Below are positions 9,536 to 22,320 of a stretch of 64,000 nt of DNA, one piece after another. Below the pieces are notes generated by a model. It saw nothing but the letters and a program-made list of their open reading frames with translations, made no database searches and had not been told where the DNA came from. This DNA comes from Mytilus trossulus. Lineage: Eukaryota. Position numbers and translations under genes: made by a program. The stretch spans positions 36,828,001 through 36,892,000 of the forward strand of contig NC_086379.1 of assembly GCF_036588685.1 (NCBI RefSeq). The letters are read 5' to 3'. Within the stretch, counting starts at the first letter, position 1. Each line of letters begins with the position of its first letter.

Positions 9536-12500
9536 ATTGTAATATTCACTTTTCTATAATGAAAGGATATAAAATAAATGAATATTAAAACAGTTAAGAT
9601 ATAAAAAAAATAAAAATCAGGTTCCATGAAATACTACAAACATAAGCTCTATATTGATTTATAAATATTACTTCTAGACAAAAAACAACACATAATAATC
9701 ATAACAAACAATTTTTTTAAAACCTATAAATTATTTTTGTTAAAAGAAATACAAATTACATTGACGCTACATAAAAATGGTAGCCCTAAGAAACAACTAA
9801 CCTGTTGAACAATCAAAATTAATGTTAACAGTTTTTGATAGGGGTAAATAATTTCATTACATAATCCCCTAAGGGTTAAACTATGTCAATGTTGTAGAAT
9901 AAAGGATTTGGAAAGTGAAAAAAAAACAAAGATTTTTTAAACATTTTAAGACTACATTGTTCTTTGATTATGTCATAAAATAAAATAATGATTTAACATT
10001 TTTGTATTGAAATCATTGATTAAATATCAAATAAACATGATAAAGATAATAATATTATTGTTGACCATGTACATTGTACATGTACTGTATTAAATGGCTT
10101 CCAAAACAGTTGTAATGTATGTTCATGACTTGTAAAATTAATTTCTAAACAGCTGGTGTGTAACTGAAGAAGACATCATGATTCAGAAAAAAGTATACGT
10201 TTTGACCATCATTTTTTGCCTCATGTGTTCCTTTGCAAAGACACATTTTTCTGGCCATAAACATGATAAATTTGCAAGATGAGAAACAAGCCCTAATAGT
10301 TATTAAATACCCCTAACCAAAATAGTTACAAGTACATGTATCATTTGTGTATTGAGGTAATACATGGCTGACTGACCAGTCTTGTATTTTAAAATATATC
10401 ACATAATTTCTTAGTTACCGTGCATGTGCATTTGTATTTTCTCTACAATCCAAACAAATCTGCCCCTATCCAATATTGATGCAGTGTGCATTATTGTGCA
10501 ATACAATGTACATGTACATGGATGGTACCAGTGGGATTTGCACTCTCAATCTTGGGTTCTAAAAGCAGGGCTATTACTGACTGATCCAAAGAAGATCTTC
10601 CCAAACTAAACAAGTAAGACTACCATGACTACTTTTAAATCTTCAGTTTTACAACACTCTTCCCTAGCCTCCGAGCATCAGGTACTCACAAACAATTATA
10701 TGTGCCAGTAGAAAATGCTCACTGCCCAAATAAAGTGAAAATACATGGTGCTACTAGCAGAATTTAAACCCCCAATTTCAAGATCTTAATGCATATATAT
10801 CTTAACCGACTGAGCCTTAGAAGTTCTTCAATAACTCAACCAGTTAGACTACCTTAATTTTCAGTTACACTGTTCCTACAGTGTACATGTACATTTGTAC
10901 ATACATGTATATACAGTACAAGTCAAATCAGCACCTGCACATTTGTATAGCATTGTATAGAAAGAGGTCAAATCAGAATTCAGACTAATTGGCACCTATA
11001 TTGTATTTAGTCATTATGCCATGGTATTTGGTTAGTCAATTTGACACCAAATATATTTTAAACTTTCATTTGTTTATTTTTATATATGATACATTGTACA
11101 TGGGAATGGTGTTTCCCTTATTTTTTATAATTTGTTTCCTGAGGTTAATTAAAAAGATACATTTTCTTCATATCGTCTAGAAAAATTTGTGCACATGTTA
11201 TCAGGTTTTCTCAATAATTTTATTGATTAGGTTTGATTGGGTGTCATTTAAAAAAAATATGGTATATATGTAACTCGTAATTGTTTCTCAGTAACTCAAT
11301 GTACGATGCTGTCCCTGCTCCCATAATGAACCTCCTGACCTTGGTTTGTTGAAATTCAAATTCCAATAACGTCAAAATCTTGTGATGTAAAATAGTTCTA
11401 CTCAATCAAATTGCTCTATTGTCAATTAGGTGATTTTTTTCAGTCTACAGCAATTACATTATTTGTTTGTGTGATATTGCTTTAAAATAGTTCACAAAAA
11501 TCTGGGGTTTAATCAACAGGAAACCTCATATTTTGCCATCCCTTTCGACATCAATGGAATTTTGTATGAATATTTACCTAGTCATGATGGTCAGGATATC
11601 GATCTTTTTATAATGAATCAATTTTTTTTTTCTATGAAAAATGTAAATTGTTTTTTATTAACCTTCTCTATATTCATGATATTCCTGGACAAAATTATGG
11701 CAAGGACATCGATTTTTCATTAGTTTTCCTTTCAATTTGGTTAGGCTTTTTTTTTGCGATGAAAATCGCGAAAGACATTAGGAGCTTGTCATTTTAAAAT
11801 TCATAAAAATACGATTTGCTTGACTTGTATAGCCTGCCACAAGATTGATGACGCTGAATGGTATGTACAAAAAGCAATGGAGGCCGGAAGTGGGATTTTG
11901 TAAAGTTCTAGAATGATTTTAGACATTTGGAAGTCGGGATTGAAACAGTCATTAGAAAATTGGCATTTTGGTGCAATATTTGAGAACAATGAAAACTTAC
12001 CTTAACACATGTTTTTTAATTGAAAAGAGTAGAAAAAAACATAATCTGCACTAATTTTCTATGCTGGAAGTAGCAGTGTTTTACATTCGGCATTTAAGCG
12101 GGGTGTGCCAACCACCTTCTTTTCAAAGCAGACCACCTTTCCATTTTAGGAGGTGGTCTACCTTTTTTTCAAATTCCAGATTTTTTTGGTTCTGCACCAT
12201 AAAAATTTAAATACTAATCTTGCCTCCCAGATTTGTTTTCATTGACAAAAATGGCAGTTCATCAAATTTCAATGTTTTCTTTTAAGAGAAAGACAGATGA
12301 CTATGGTGATAAGGAAAATTCTAAGCCATGTAAGTCTACTAGTAAGTCTACGGATAGATGTATTGAAATTGTCCCTCAGGCAAGGGGTCATATTACTGTT
12401 GAAGAAAGTAAAAACTTAGATTTTTTAACTTAAAAGGGGGGAATCGTTTTATTTGGTACAACTTTTCTAAAAAAGTGTCCCAATATTTTTAATGTCCAGA

Positions 12501-14071
12501 ATGACAAAAAAGATATACATCCAGAAATAAATATGTGCTTATTTGTATCTCTTTAAATGTACATTTTGTACCCCTCATAAAAGGGATAGTCATTACATTG
12601 AGAGCTAGAGGTTACCCGTCATTTGAGGGGTAGTGATAAATATAAACGGCTAATCGTCACAAAAAAATATTACTGTTCTGTGCAGCTGTGTGCCAAAAAT
12701 ACAGCACTAAAGCGAGGAACAGAACAGAAAGTTGGATTCGATAGGCCATGCATTTGCAGGAGGAAGTCCTGCAAAAGCCATCATGATCTGCTATCCAAGA
12801 TGCACAAAACTAATTTTTCAAATCGTTTAATGAAAGCTTACAACTAGCAGTGATAGCAGAAGAATGGTTCAATTCCATTAAATGTGAATACAATAATAAA
12901 CCCTGTTGAAAATATTAAAAAAAAATCAACCAGTTGCAAACTTTTTTTCAAAACACCCACATTACCTTAGTGAAAAAAGGGGAACACTGAAGAAGCATAG
13001 TAACGTCAATGCATATTTGCACTGTGTGAGTTCAAACACAAATACTGAACAAACTAACAAGATGACAGATTTTAGACTACAGTAGGATTCTACATGTAAA
13101 TACTTAGTCCAAATAATTATGACGTCTTAAAAGGCTATTCAAAGAAAAAAATTATAATAGCCTTTCAAGACGTCATAATATTTGAACTACTAAATACTAT
13201 GCCAGTCATGGGTTCCAAAAAACTACACTGGGAGCTTAATCGACTATAAAGGGATCTCCTGTAGTTGGTGATCGCAATACTGGTATACCAGTATTGTGCA
13301 CAATACTGGTATAAAAATTTTGTACCAGTATTGTATTCCAGTATTGTGGTTTTTTTTTGTTTTTTTTGTAAATAAACAATACATAGGTAATTAATCTTTT
13401 ATTAAATGTGTCACATAATGCAATTAACATATGACATGACTATCATAAGGTATTTGAATAATTAGACATATAAGCACTAATTTAATTATAAACATAATGA
13501 TATTAAATACTGATATATATCATATATGATAATGTACTTTTAGCACTAATAATAAAATAAAAGCACGATGTATAAGTATAACAATTGTTAAATTCACATG
13601 TTTAAATGGTGATACAATGATGTGTACTCTGTCTAAAACAGACATCTGCTTAGGAAAAGGAGTGCAATACCAGCCATATCAAAAGTGGTTAATGGGGAGA
13701 TGAGAAAAAAACATAAATTATTAATATATGATTAACAATTGTTTGAATAATATAAGTTAATTACAATAATCTTTTGAAAATATTTGTATCTCTTTGATCT
13801 TAATTAGGGTATAAAGAACATGCTTATATTTAATGAGCTGTTGATAAATTTCAATTATCCTCTTTAATCTTTTTGAGTTCAGTTAATCCCTCTTTAACAT
13901 GTTTAAGGTTTTAGGTGAAATCACGTGACTATAGTGTAAACAAGCAATTTGTCAGGTCGAAAAAATAACTTAGTTTTTGTTGGATTTAAAAGACTTTTTA
14001 CGATATAAATTATAGTCAGTAGTTACAAAAGACTTTAATCTTCGATAATACGTGATTATTAGTGTGCTTGG

Positions 14072-14971
14072 TTGGATATTTGTTCAGATAACTTAAATAT
14101 GGATCAATATATGAACTTTCCTATGTGTACAAATGGCGGAAGTGGTCACTTCGTTAACAACTCAATGATGAATCCAGGCCATGTACCTGTAAGTACTTAT
14201 AACTATTCAGTATCATCTTGGTCTGAAAGAAAACGTCAGCTGTCAGATCAAATGTCAAATTATATTAATGAACCTGGAACAGAGCACAAAAAATCAAAAT
14301 GTGATTCTAGCGTATCGAGTGCACCCATGTTTGAAGATACAAATAGAGTTGAGGCATTGATTTTACAGTTATCATCAAACTTTTCAAATATGAGTGAAAA
14401 ATTAGATAAGAGAATTAGCGAATTGGAAACAAATTCTGTTATGATTGACAATAAAATGAAAGAAAAACTAATTGAAGTTAAAACAGAAGTTAAACATGAA
14501 CTTGATGGTATGAAATCCAAAATAGAAAACTTAGAAAAACAGGTATCTGAGAATAAAATTAACAGTACATATAAAGATTCGTTGCGCAACAAATTCATTA
14601 TCAAGAACCTTGAATATGATGATCGTGAAAAAACTGACCCAGAACTGACAAAACATAAAGTACAAGGTTTATTAAAAGATTGTTTAGGGCTCAGCAACGT
14701 TAAGCTAAAAACTGTCTCCAGAAAAGAAAGTAGAGGAAAGTATCATGGCTTGATTATTGTGGAAACTGACACATTTGATAGTAAAAGGGATATCATGAAG
14801 AGCAAGGTTAAACTAAAAAACAATAGACTTTATGCTAATGTCTACATTGAGAACGACATGTCGCCAGAAAGGAGGAACTTTCAAAGTACCGTTCCAACCG
14901 TTCTCAAAGAAATGGGCAAGGAAAAGAATTTCAAGTTTGTAGGAAATCAACTGTTACCAAAAGAAACATAG
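14072..14971 (+). CDS. LINE ORF1 (coiled coil plus RRM-like region)
   Basis: 299 aa; heptad region, then NKFIIKNL and K.KLK.....NVYIEND motifs typical of non-LTR ORF1; directly upstream of an AP endonuclease. The true start may be the ATG near 14099. Confidence 0.7.
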   Translation: MDICSDNLNMDQYMNFPMCTNGGSGHFVNNSMMNPGHVPVSTYNYSVSSWSERKRQLSDQMSNYINEPGTEHKKSKCDSSVSSAPMFEDTNRVEALILQLSSNFSNMSEKLDKRISELETNSVMIDNKMKEKLIEVKTEVKHELDGMKSKIENLEKQVSENKINSTYKDSLRNKFIIKNLEYDDREKTDPELTKHKVQGLLKDCLGLSNVKLKTVSRKESRGKYHGLIIVETDTFDSKRDIMKSKVKLKNNRLYANVYIENDMSPERRNFQSTVPTVLKEMGKEKNFKFVGNQLLPKET

Positions 14972-14974
14972 GAC

Positions 14975-17380
14975 ATACTGCGGCTTGGTGTATGGAATTG
15001 CAGGGGATGGTCCACCAAAACGAATGACAACTCAATATTCCGCGAAAAACTGCTAAACTATTCGAAATGTGATATTTTATGTATATGTGAAACATTTTTA
15101 CGTGTAGATGAGTTTTTAACTGTCATTACTGTTGATGGTTTTAGATTTTATGGTAGTAATAGGAAATATATACACAAAAAAGCAACGCGAGGGTCAGCAG
15201 GGGTTGGTGCTTTCGTGAAAGAAGAATTATTGAATTCATTTAATATTGGTATTATAGATGATACTACGGAAGGAATAATGTGGTTGGAATTTTCAGATAA
15301 GTTTTGCAAAAAATGCTTCTACGTAGTGGCATGTTATTTACCCCCTGCTGACACATGTAGGCCAGTGGATGCCGACGTTTATTTCCAAACTCTTTTAAAC
15401 CAAATATATTCATACCAACATAAAGGAAAAATATTTATATGCGGTGACATGAACGCATGTGTAGGTGCTAATTCTGATTTTATAGAGGGCGTCGATTTAG
15501 TGAAACCACGAAATGTTATAGATCATGTAGAAAATCACCATGGAGATGTTTTCGTGAATTTTTTAAGTGATGTCATTTTTGGAATGTTAAATGGACGATA
15601 TAATGATAATGAATTTACATGTATATCAACCAACGGTAAATCAGTAGTAGATTACATATGTGTTCCCTATGAGGATATGGAATTTATTAGTGATTTCAAA
15701 ATAGTATCGATGTTGGAAATTTCTAATGATATTACATATATTCCTGATAGTTTACCGGACCACTCATTGCTTTATTGTGATTATAAATTATCTTTCGATT
15801 TAAACCCGAATTCACAGCATGCACCGATCAGTAATACACGTATAAAATACAATTTTGGAGCGATTCCTAGTGACTTCTTATTGAATCGGGAAATTCAGGT
15901 GAAATTAATTTAAACAATTGAGAAAATTGAAATTATATAGAAATATCAAATGACGTGCAAAATGCATACGATGAATTTGAGGATTTAGTTAAATGTGAAA
16001 TCAATAACAAATTACCGACTTATACCAATGCTACTGGTCATGATAAACGTAAGAAAATATGTTATAAACCGTATTGGAATGAAACTCTTTCAGCCCAATG
16101 GAAGACCGTATGCAAATCCGAGAAGAAATGGTTATGTTTCACCGGTCCGAACTGTACAAAGCGTAAACTGAAGGAAGAATATTGTGTAGAAAGAAAAACT
16201 TTTGATCGCTTAAACAGAAAATGTTTAAAAGACAATTTCAGAGTCAAGAGCGACAGAAACTTGAAGACAAACTTGATGAGACTAATCAGCGTGACTTTTG
16301 GAAGACAATAGGAAATTTAGGCATCGCTAGTAACCGTAAACGTTGTATACCATTAGCTATAGTGGACGAGGATGGAAAAGAGGCAACGGATAAAAATGTT
16401 GTTCTTAACAAATGGAAAAACGATTTTCAGACTTTATTCCATCAAAATGGTAACAGTGACTCGGACCTTGATGAATCAACATTTGATACTGAAGCCGATG
16501 TTTCGCCGTTAAACGAACCTATCTCCAGGGAGGAAGTTTTGCAGGCAGTATTACGTGCATTTGGGGCACTAAATCGTTTAGTGCTATTTCAGCTGTACAA
16601 AACAGAGCCTGCAAATATTTTCTCTCCGTTGGAAAACTGACCTCGAATGTAGCTACTCGTGGTGATATGGGATGGACATCTTATCACACAAAACAACGAA
16701 TACATTACTGTAGGCTATTGTGTAGACTTCTTCGCACCGAACATACTAGAACATCATATAAAATATTGAAATGGACATCTAGGAAGAAAAAGGGCCGGGC
16801 TTTTGAAGTTGACAAAATTGTAAATAGTTTAAACATTAGAGATATTGTATACGACTTGTCTTATTCCATAAAAACTGTTATGAGAACTGTTATTGAAAAA
16901 TTGGTAGAACTCGACAATACAGAGTGGCACAGAGAACTTTTCAATGATAGGCGCAATATACAAAATGGTAATAAATCACGCACATATAGACTGTTTAAAA
17001 ACAATGTAAAAACTGAACCGTATGTTTGCCTAAATATGGCTAGGCCGGAAAGACGAACTATGGCTCTGTTTCGGTCCGGTGCACTACCCCTTGCCTACGA
17101 GATCGGCAGGTACTCCAGGCCGCCTATTCCGGTAGAAGAAAGACTCTGTGTGTTTTGTAACCTTGATAATGTAGAAAATGAAAAACACTTTCTTCTTGAA
17201 TGTGAACTTTATAGTGACTTACGGTATAATTTATTTTCCAAATGCTCTAAATATGTTGATATCTTTAGCAATCTTGTTATGGACGATAAATTTATACAAA
17301 TCATGAACTGTTCGAGTATCCAACACTATTTGTGTAAAATATTACATAAGTTTTTTATTCGAAGAAAATTATTTTCATAG
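14975..17380 (+). pseudogene. LINE ORF2: AP endonuclease, linker and C-terminal Zn finger; RT core deleted, with a stop and frameshifts
   Basis: WNCRGW, ICETF, CYLPP, CGDMNA, SVVDY and PDH endonuclease motifs; stop at 15913; EPISREEV joined directly to IWGTKSFSAISAVQNRACK; C-terminal EIGRY...CVFC...ENEKHFLLEC. Confidence 0.85.
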
Positions 17381-19286
17381 TAAATATATTTTAATCAGAA
17401 TTTATAACTGTTCTTAATTTAACATACATATTTTTACCAGTAGAAAATTTTAATACAGGCAGTAATTTTTAAACTTTATATTACATTGTATACGTCAATT
17501 TTAACAATGATAGTCAAGAAATTATTATACATGTATATTCAGATTTTTAATTTGTTTTTAAAAAACTTTGATAACGGAAAATTTTACAAGTACAAAAATG
17601 AAGTATAAGAACTACGATATAGGAAAATTTTATAAGTATAAGAAACAATTTTAATGAGTAACTGAATGTTTAGTTGTTTTATTTAGTGATCATTAATTGT
17701 ATAAAGTTTTATACTGTTAGTGTCTCATAAGTCAGTATTTATGGCTGGATATTGATTGTTTTATGTGTAAATATTATAATTGTTGTATATGTTTTATGGC
17801 AATCAATATGTGACACTTTAGTAAACAAATTTATTAATATCTAATTTTACTTAAAATTCCTTTATTTGTTTTATACTTTCAAAACACAAGCTCATCACCA
17901 AAAAAGTCACAATACTGGTACAAAATTTTTATACAGTACCAGTATTGTGCACAATACTGGTATACCAATATTGCGATCACCAACTACAGGAGATCCCTAA
18001 AAGGGCCTAATACAAACTTTCTAAACTTTCAATCGTCTACTTTTTATTACAAGGAAGTTTAAACTATTGAGAGATAACAGGTTATTTATTTTTTTGGGAA
18101 GACCAAAAGCCAAAAAATATATCTGTCGAACTCTTTCAAACATTTTACAGGTGAAAATGGATAGCTAATGAAAAAAAAAGCCACACTAGATATAAATATC
18201 GCAAATAATGGATTGTAACCTCTCAATAAACGTAGCTAACTTGTATTACTTACACTTTACGATTGTAAATAAGATAGCCCCTCAAAGGTGTGTCAACAAA
18301 CAATATCTGTGTCGTGCGCACTAATTGAAGTCATTTCCGGTCAAATATAAACCTAAAATAAGTTTGGCATATTCGAACTTATCACGCAAATATTGTATTT
18401 TTACAAGGTAGTGCGTTATAATAATGATTAAACATGCAAAAATTATACAAAACAGGTTATGTTCATGAATTATTCAAGATGGTTTCAATTACGTGAGTAA
18501 AGATAAATAAAAAAACAAATACGGCAAAAATTAACAACACCTTATCGTAAAATCTGGCAAGGGTAACGTGTATCTTGAGAGGAACAATTCAAACGAGAGA
18601 AAACTAACGGCCTTATTTATTAAAAAAAAAAATGAACGAAAAACAAATATGTAACACATAAACAAACGACAACCACATAATTACAGGCTCCTGACTTGGG
18701 ACAGGCACATACATAAATAATGTGGCGGGTTAAACATGTTAGCAGGATTCCAACCCTCCCCTAACCTGGGACAGTGGTATAACAGTACAAACATAAGAAC
18801 GAATTATAAAAATCATTTGAAAAGTCTTAACTCATCAGATAGACAAAAATACAATTATTATTTTTTTTTGTAATACGTAGAAGATAATTAAAAATAACCG
18901 GCATACTAAAGATTTATAGAAGTGTAAAAACGATGCAATTTCATGCCACACTAAAGCAATTTAATAGGAATTTTGATAAAAAAAATATTAAAAAAGGACA
19001 CCAATGAACTACGCATACATAAGGTGACGTCCATCAGTGTTGTCCAACTTGTTTGAAACCTTTTGTAGATCTACATGTTTACTTTTTTTCTAAAATGGTC
19101 CACTGAGATCGATATTTTAAATATCCCAATACCGACAATAATATATGAAATGTATTACTCTCCCTTTATATTTATGTATGGTTTACAAAACACTTGCATT
19201 TTGCACCAATGCATGGTTTTAAGTTTTCGTAATCATTGTCTTGAATAAGTGTCAGTGACACACACACTCACTAAATAATTGAACAG

Positions 19287-19731
19287 GTGTCATATACCAC
19301 CAATTAAAAGTCCCTATCTGTTCAACCAAATTTTACAATTTTCACAGCTTTCTAAATATTTTACCTTAACTTCAAAGAAACCAGGTATATCCTGAATCGT
19401 ACATGTATCAGTTTCCTACATGTCAATTTTCAACAGATGTTTAAAATCAGATAAAAAAAAGGTCTCCCGAATAGAGGTACCACTAAAAATAACCCCTGTT
19501 TTTTTGGAAATCTTAAATTACTATACTATGGAGTGCATTAATCCTCAATTTTGAATGCAAACTCATAAACAAGTAAAATGGTCTTAATATATTTCTCTTT
19601 CACCAAAAGTTTCATTTCTGCCAATTTGTTGGCTAGTTTAAGTAAACAATGACATCAAATGCACTATTTTTTGTCCGAGTAGGCCTACTTTCACGTTCTA
19701 AATTTGAAGGAGTAATTGGTGGTATGACACC
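19287..19731. mobile_element. Small TIR element/MITE
   Basis: GGTGTCATATACCACCAATTA ... TAATTGGTGGTATGACACC inverted termini; no clean TSD. Confidence 0.5.
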
Positions 19732-20337
19732 AAACAAGGTGTATTTTCAACTTATTTTTTGTGTCCATTGTACCAATACATGTAAAATGCATTGGCCTCT
19801 TCCGTTTCGCTTCCGCTTTAGCATTTGAGCAAGTGCCCATTCGATATTCTCTCTCTTGCAAGCTTTTGAACCGACAAATTTAGTGGATCTAATTGTATAT
19901 GCCTTACAAATAACATTTTAGAAAAAAGACCACTTAAGTTGATTTTAAGGATACAAGCTCATGCATATTGATTTGTTTTTAGAATTGGGTCTTAGAACGG
20001 TAAGACTTTCCATTGTCATGCTCGACATACTATTGTCTGCTGGCTATTATGCCAGTTATGATACATCTTCGATTTTATTAACTTTGTATATGCTGGCAAT
20101 GTTTACATATCCTAGAAACAAGGTTAAGATAAACAATATTTAGTATTAGCTAGAGAGTTGCACATTCTCTGCTCAGGCGTCCTGTTTTCAAAAGGCGATA
20201 TAGGATCATATAATTATAGGAATTTCGTTCGATAAAGTTCAGACTATGACTAGTTAAAAGTATGTGTTGTGTACTATTAACAACAATCCAATTATATGTA
20301 TATTTTGTGAAAGCCGAACATAGTTGTATTTTTTGTT

Positions 20338-20370
<33 letters not shown>

Positions 20371-20599
20371 TTCGCCCACGTACTTTGGTTTTAAATTCTT
20401 TCCTATAGTATCACCTCACCTCGTATTGTTTAGTCTTTAGTTTTATATGTTGTGTCTTCTGTACTTTTATTTGTCTGGTTATTTTTATTTTTAGCCATGA
20501 CGTTATCAGTTTATTTTCGATCTATGAGTTTGACTCTCGCTATGGTATCTTTTGTCTCTTTTTTTTATCTGCTGGTGTTCACTGAATTAGTGAAGCTAT

Positions 20600-20864
20600 T
20601 TATATAAAAAACAGATTGATCAGCATGTTTTGGATAAGATATATCGAAATAAAAAAATGTTGATTCAAAATCTGCGCAAAAAATAATTGCAGGTTATATA
20701 TAAGTTCTCGGATATATACAATAACTGTCATCTTCCAAAATTTCGAAATTCGGTTGTGCTTTCTTATAGGGGTAATACAGTTTGGACACCTGTGTACTGT
20801 GTTAATTCTTACATGATTTGACTGTTTAACACAGAATGAAATATAACAACATCCGATATCACAT
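20600..20864 (-). pseudogene. Duplicated, diverged LITAF terminal exon (possible alternative last exon of gene 2)
   Basis: TTTTGTAG acceptor, then CDIGCCYISFCVKQSNHVRINTVHRCPNCITPIRKHNR; the frame stays open to TAA at 20600-20602. Confidence 0.65.
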
Positions 20865-22320
20865 CTACAAAAGTAAAGACATGCTTCTGTGATATAGTCC
20901 TCCTAATACAGTCCCGAAATACCTCACTTTTTGTGTTATCAAAATTTGCTGATACAAAATGATCAAAATTTGCTGATACAAAATATTAGAAATTATTATA
21001 AATTAAGGAATGTATCTCCCTCGTGCAAAGCTCTGATTCCTTTCACGGATTTGGCTATACTTTTTGGACCTTTTGGATTATAGCTCTTCATCTTTTATAT
21101 ATATAAGCTTTGGATTTCAAATATTTTGGCCACGAGCATCACTGAAGAGACATGTATTGTCGAAATGCGCACCTGGTGTAGGAAAATTGACAAAACTATA
21201 AAGTTGTGAACAAATAGATGTCCACATATGACAGTTTTAATAACCAGTAAGACTGTTTTTGCCCCGGTACGAATGAACGCGTAACAATAAGCTGTATTTT
21301 GCAAAACTTTTAGGATTTTTTGGTATTCCATGCTCTTCAACTTCTTACTTTATTTGGCATTTTTGAAACCTTTTTTTTAAAAGCGCCACGGATGAGTCTT
21401 TTGTGGACAAAATGCGCGTCTGACAATGTCTGACGCAAATACAAAATTTCGTTCCTTGTATCAGTGATGAGAATTTATTTACAACCACTGGGTCGATTCC
21501 ACTGTTGGTGTAGTTTGTATTTACCGAGGGTATCACCAGCCCAGAAGTCAGCACTCATGAATTATAACAGACATGTTCATACTTATAAATTAACTGTTTA
21601 TTAATGTTTTATTCGAGCGTTTCTGATGAGTCTTTTGTAGATGAAACGCGCGTCTGACGCAAATACAAAATGTCATTCCTGGTATCTTTGATGGGTTTAT
21701 TATTGAAAAGAGAAAAACATCCACCTAATTTATACTACATCAATGAAGTGTGACACTTTTCTAACTTCCAATGCGTAGCATTGGGTTTTAATAACGTATC
21801 TCTGTTTTTATTCAAGATGAGACAACTTCCAACAGAAAGATAAATATATATGAATCGTACACTTATAGCTGAAATTTATGAATGTTCATATCTATATGTA
21901 TAAAACAGAACTGCCGTTAGTTATTTACAATGATACTATAATTGTTTTAGTGAAAGTATGTAGGGATGTCGTCCGTACCATTATATAATGTAAACAGTTA
22001 AAAAGAAACGTTTTAACAGGGTCGTAGTTGATGAGTTGTACAAAAAACTTCGTAAAAACAACAACAATGTATGAAGTTTTGTAAGAAAATACATCACATA
22101 AGTTATATCAAGTAATGGTAAGAGTCAAACATTTTATGAAGAGCAATTAAAAAATTGTAATTATTTTGCTCATTCATTTACTCAAACAGTAAAAATATTC
22201 AATAAATAACAAACATTTGAATAAAAAGTTAATATCTATACACAAAAAATTATCACAGACTAAAATCATATCTTGTAAGATATGAAAAGGTAAAAAGATA
22301 AGGCGCATTTCCTGATACTT

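Larger units (their letters stand above)
13251..17997. mobile_element. TIR DNA element (4-bp TAAA TSD, GGG termini; possibly Sola2-like) enclosing a LINE
   Basis: TAAA|GGGATCTCCTGTAGTTGGTGATCGCAATA... and ...TATTGCGATCACCAACTACAGGAGATCCC|TAAA; ~80-90-bp TIRs with internal palindromes. Confidence 0.8.

Noticed and set aside
12075-12989. hAT-like element with CAGTGTT termini
   Set aside because: Only 7-bp terminal match, no 8-bp TSD and no recognisable transposase.
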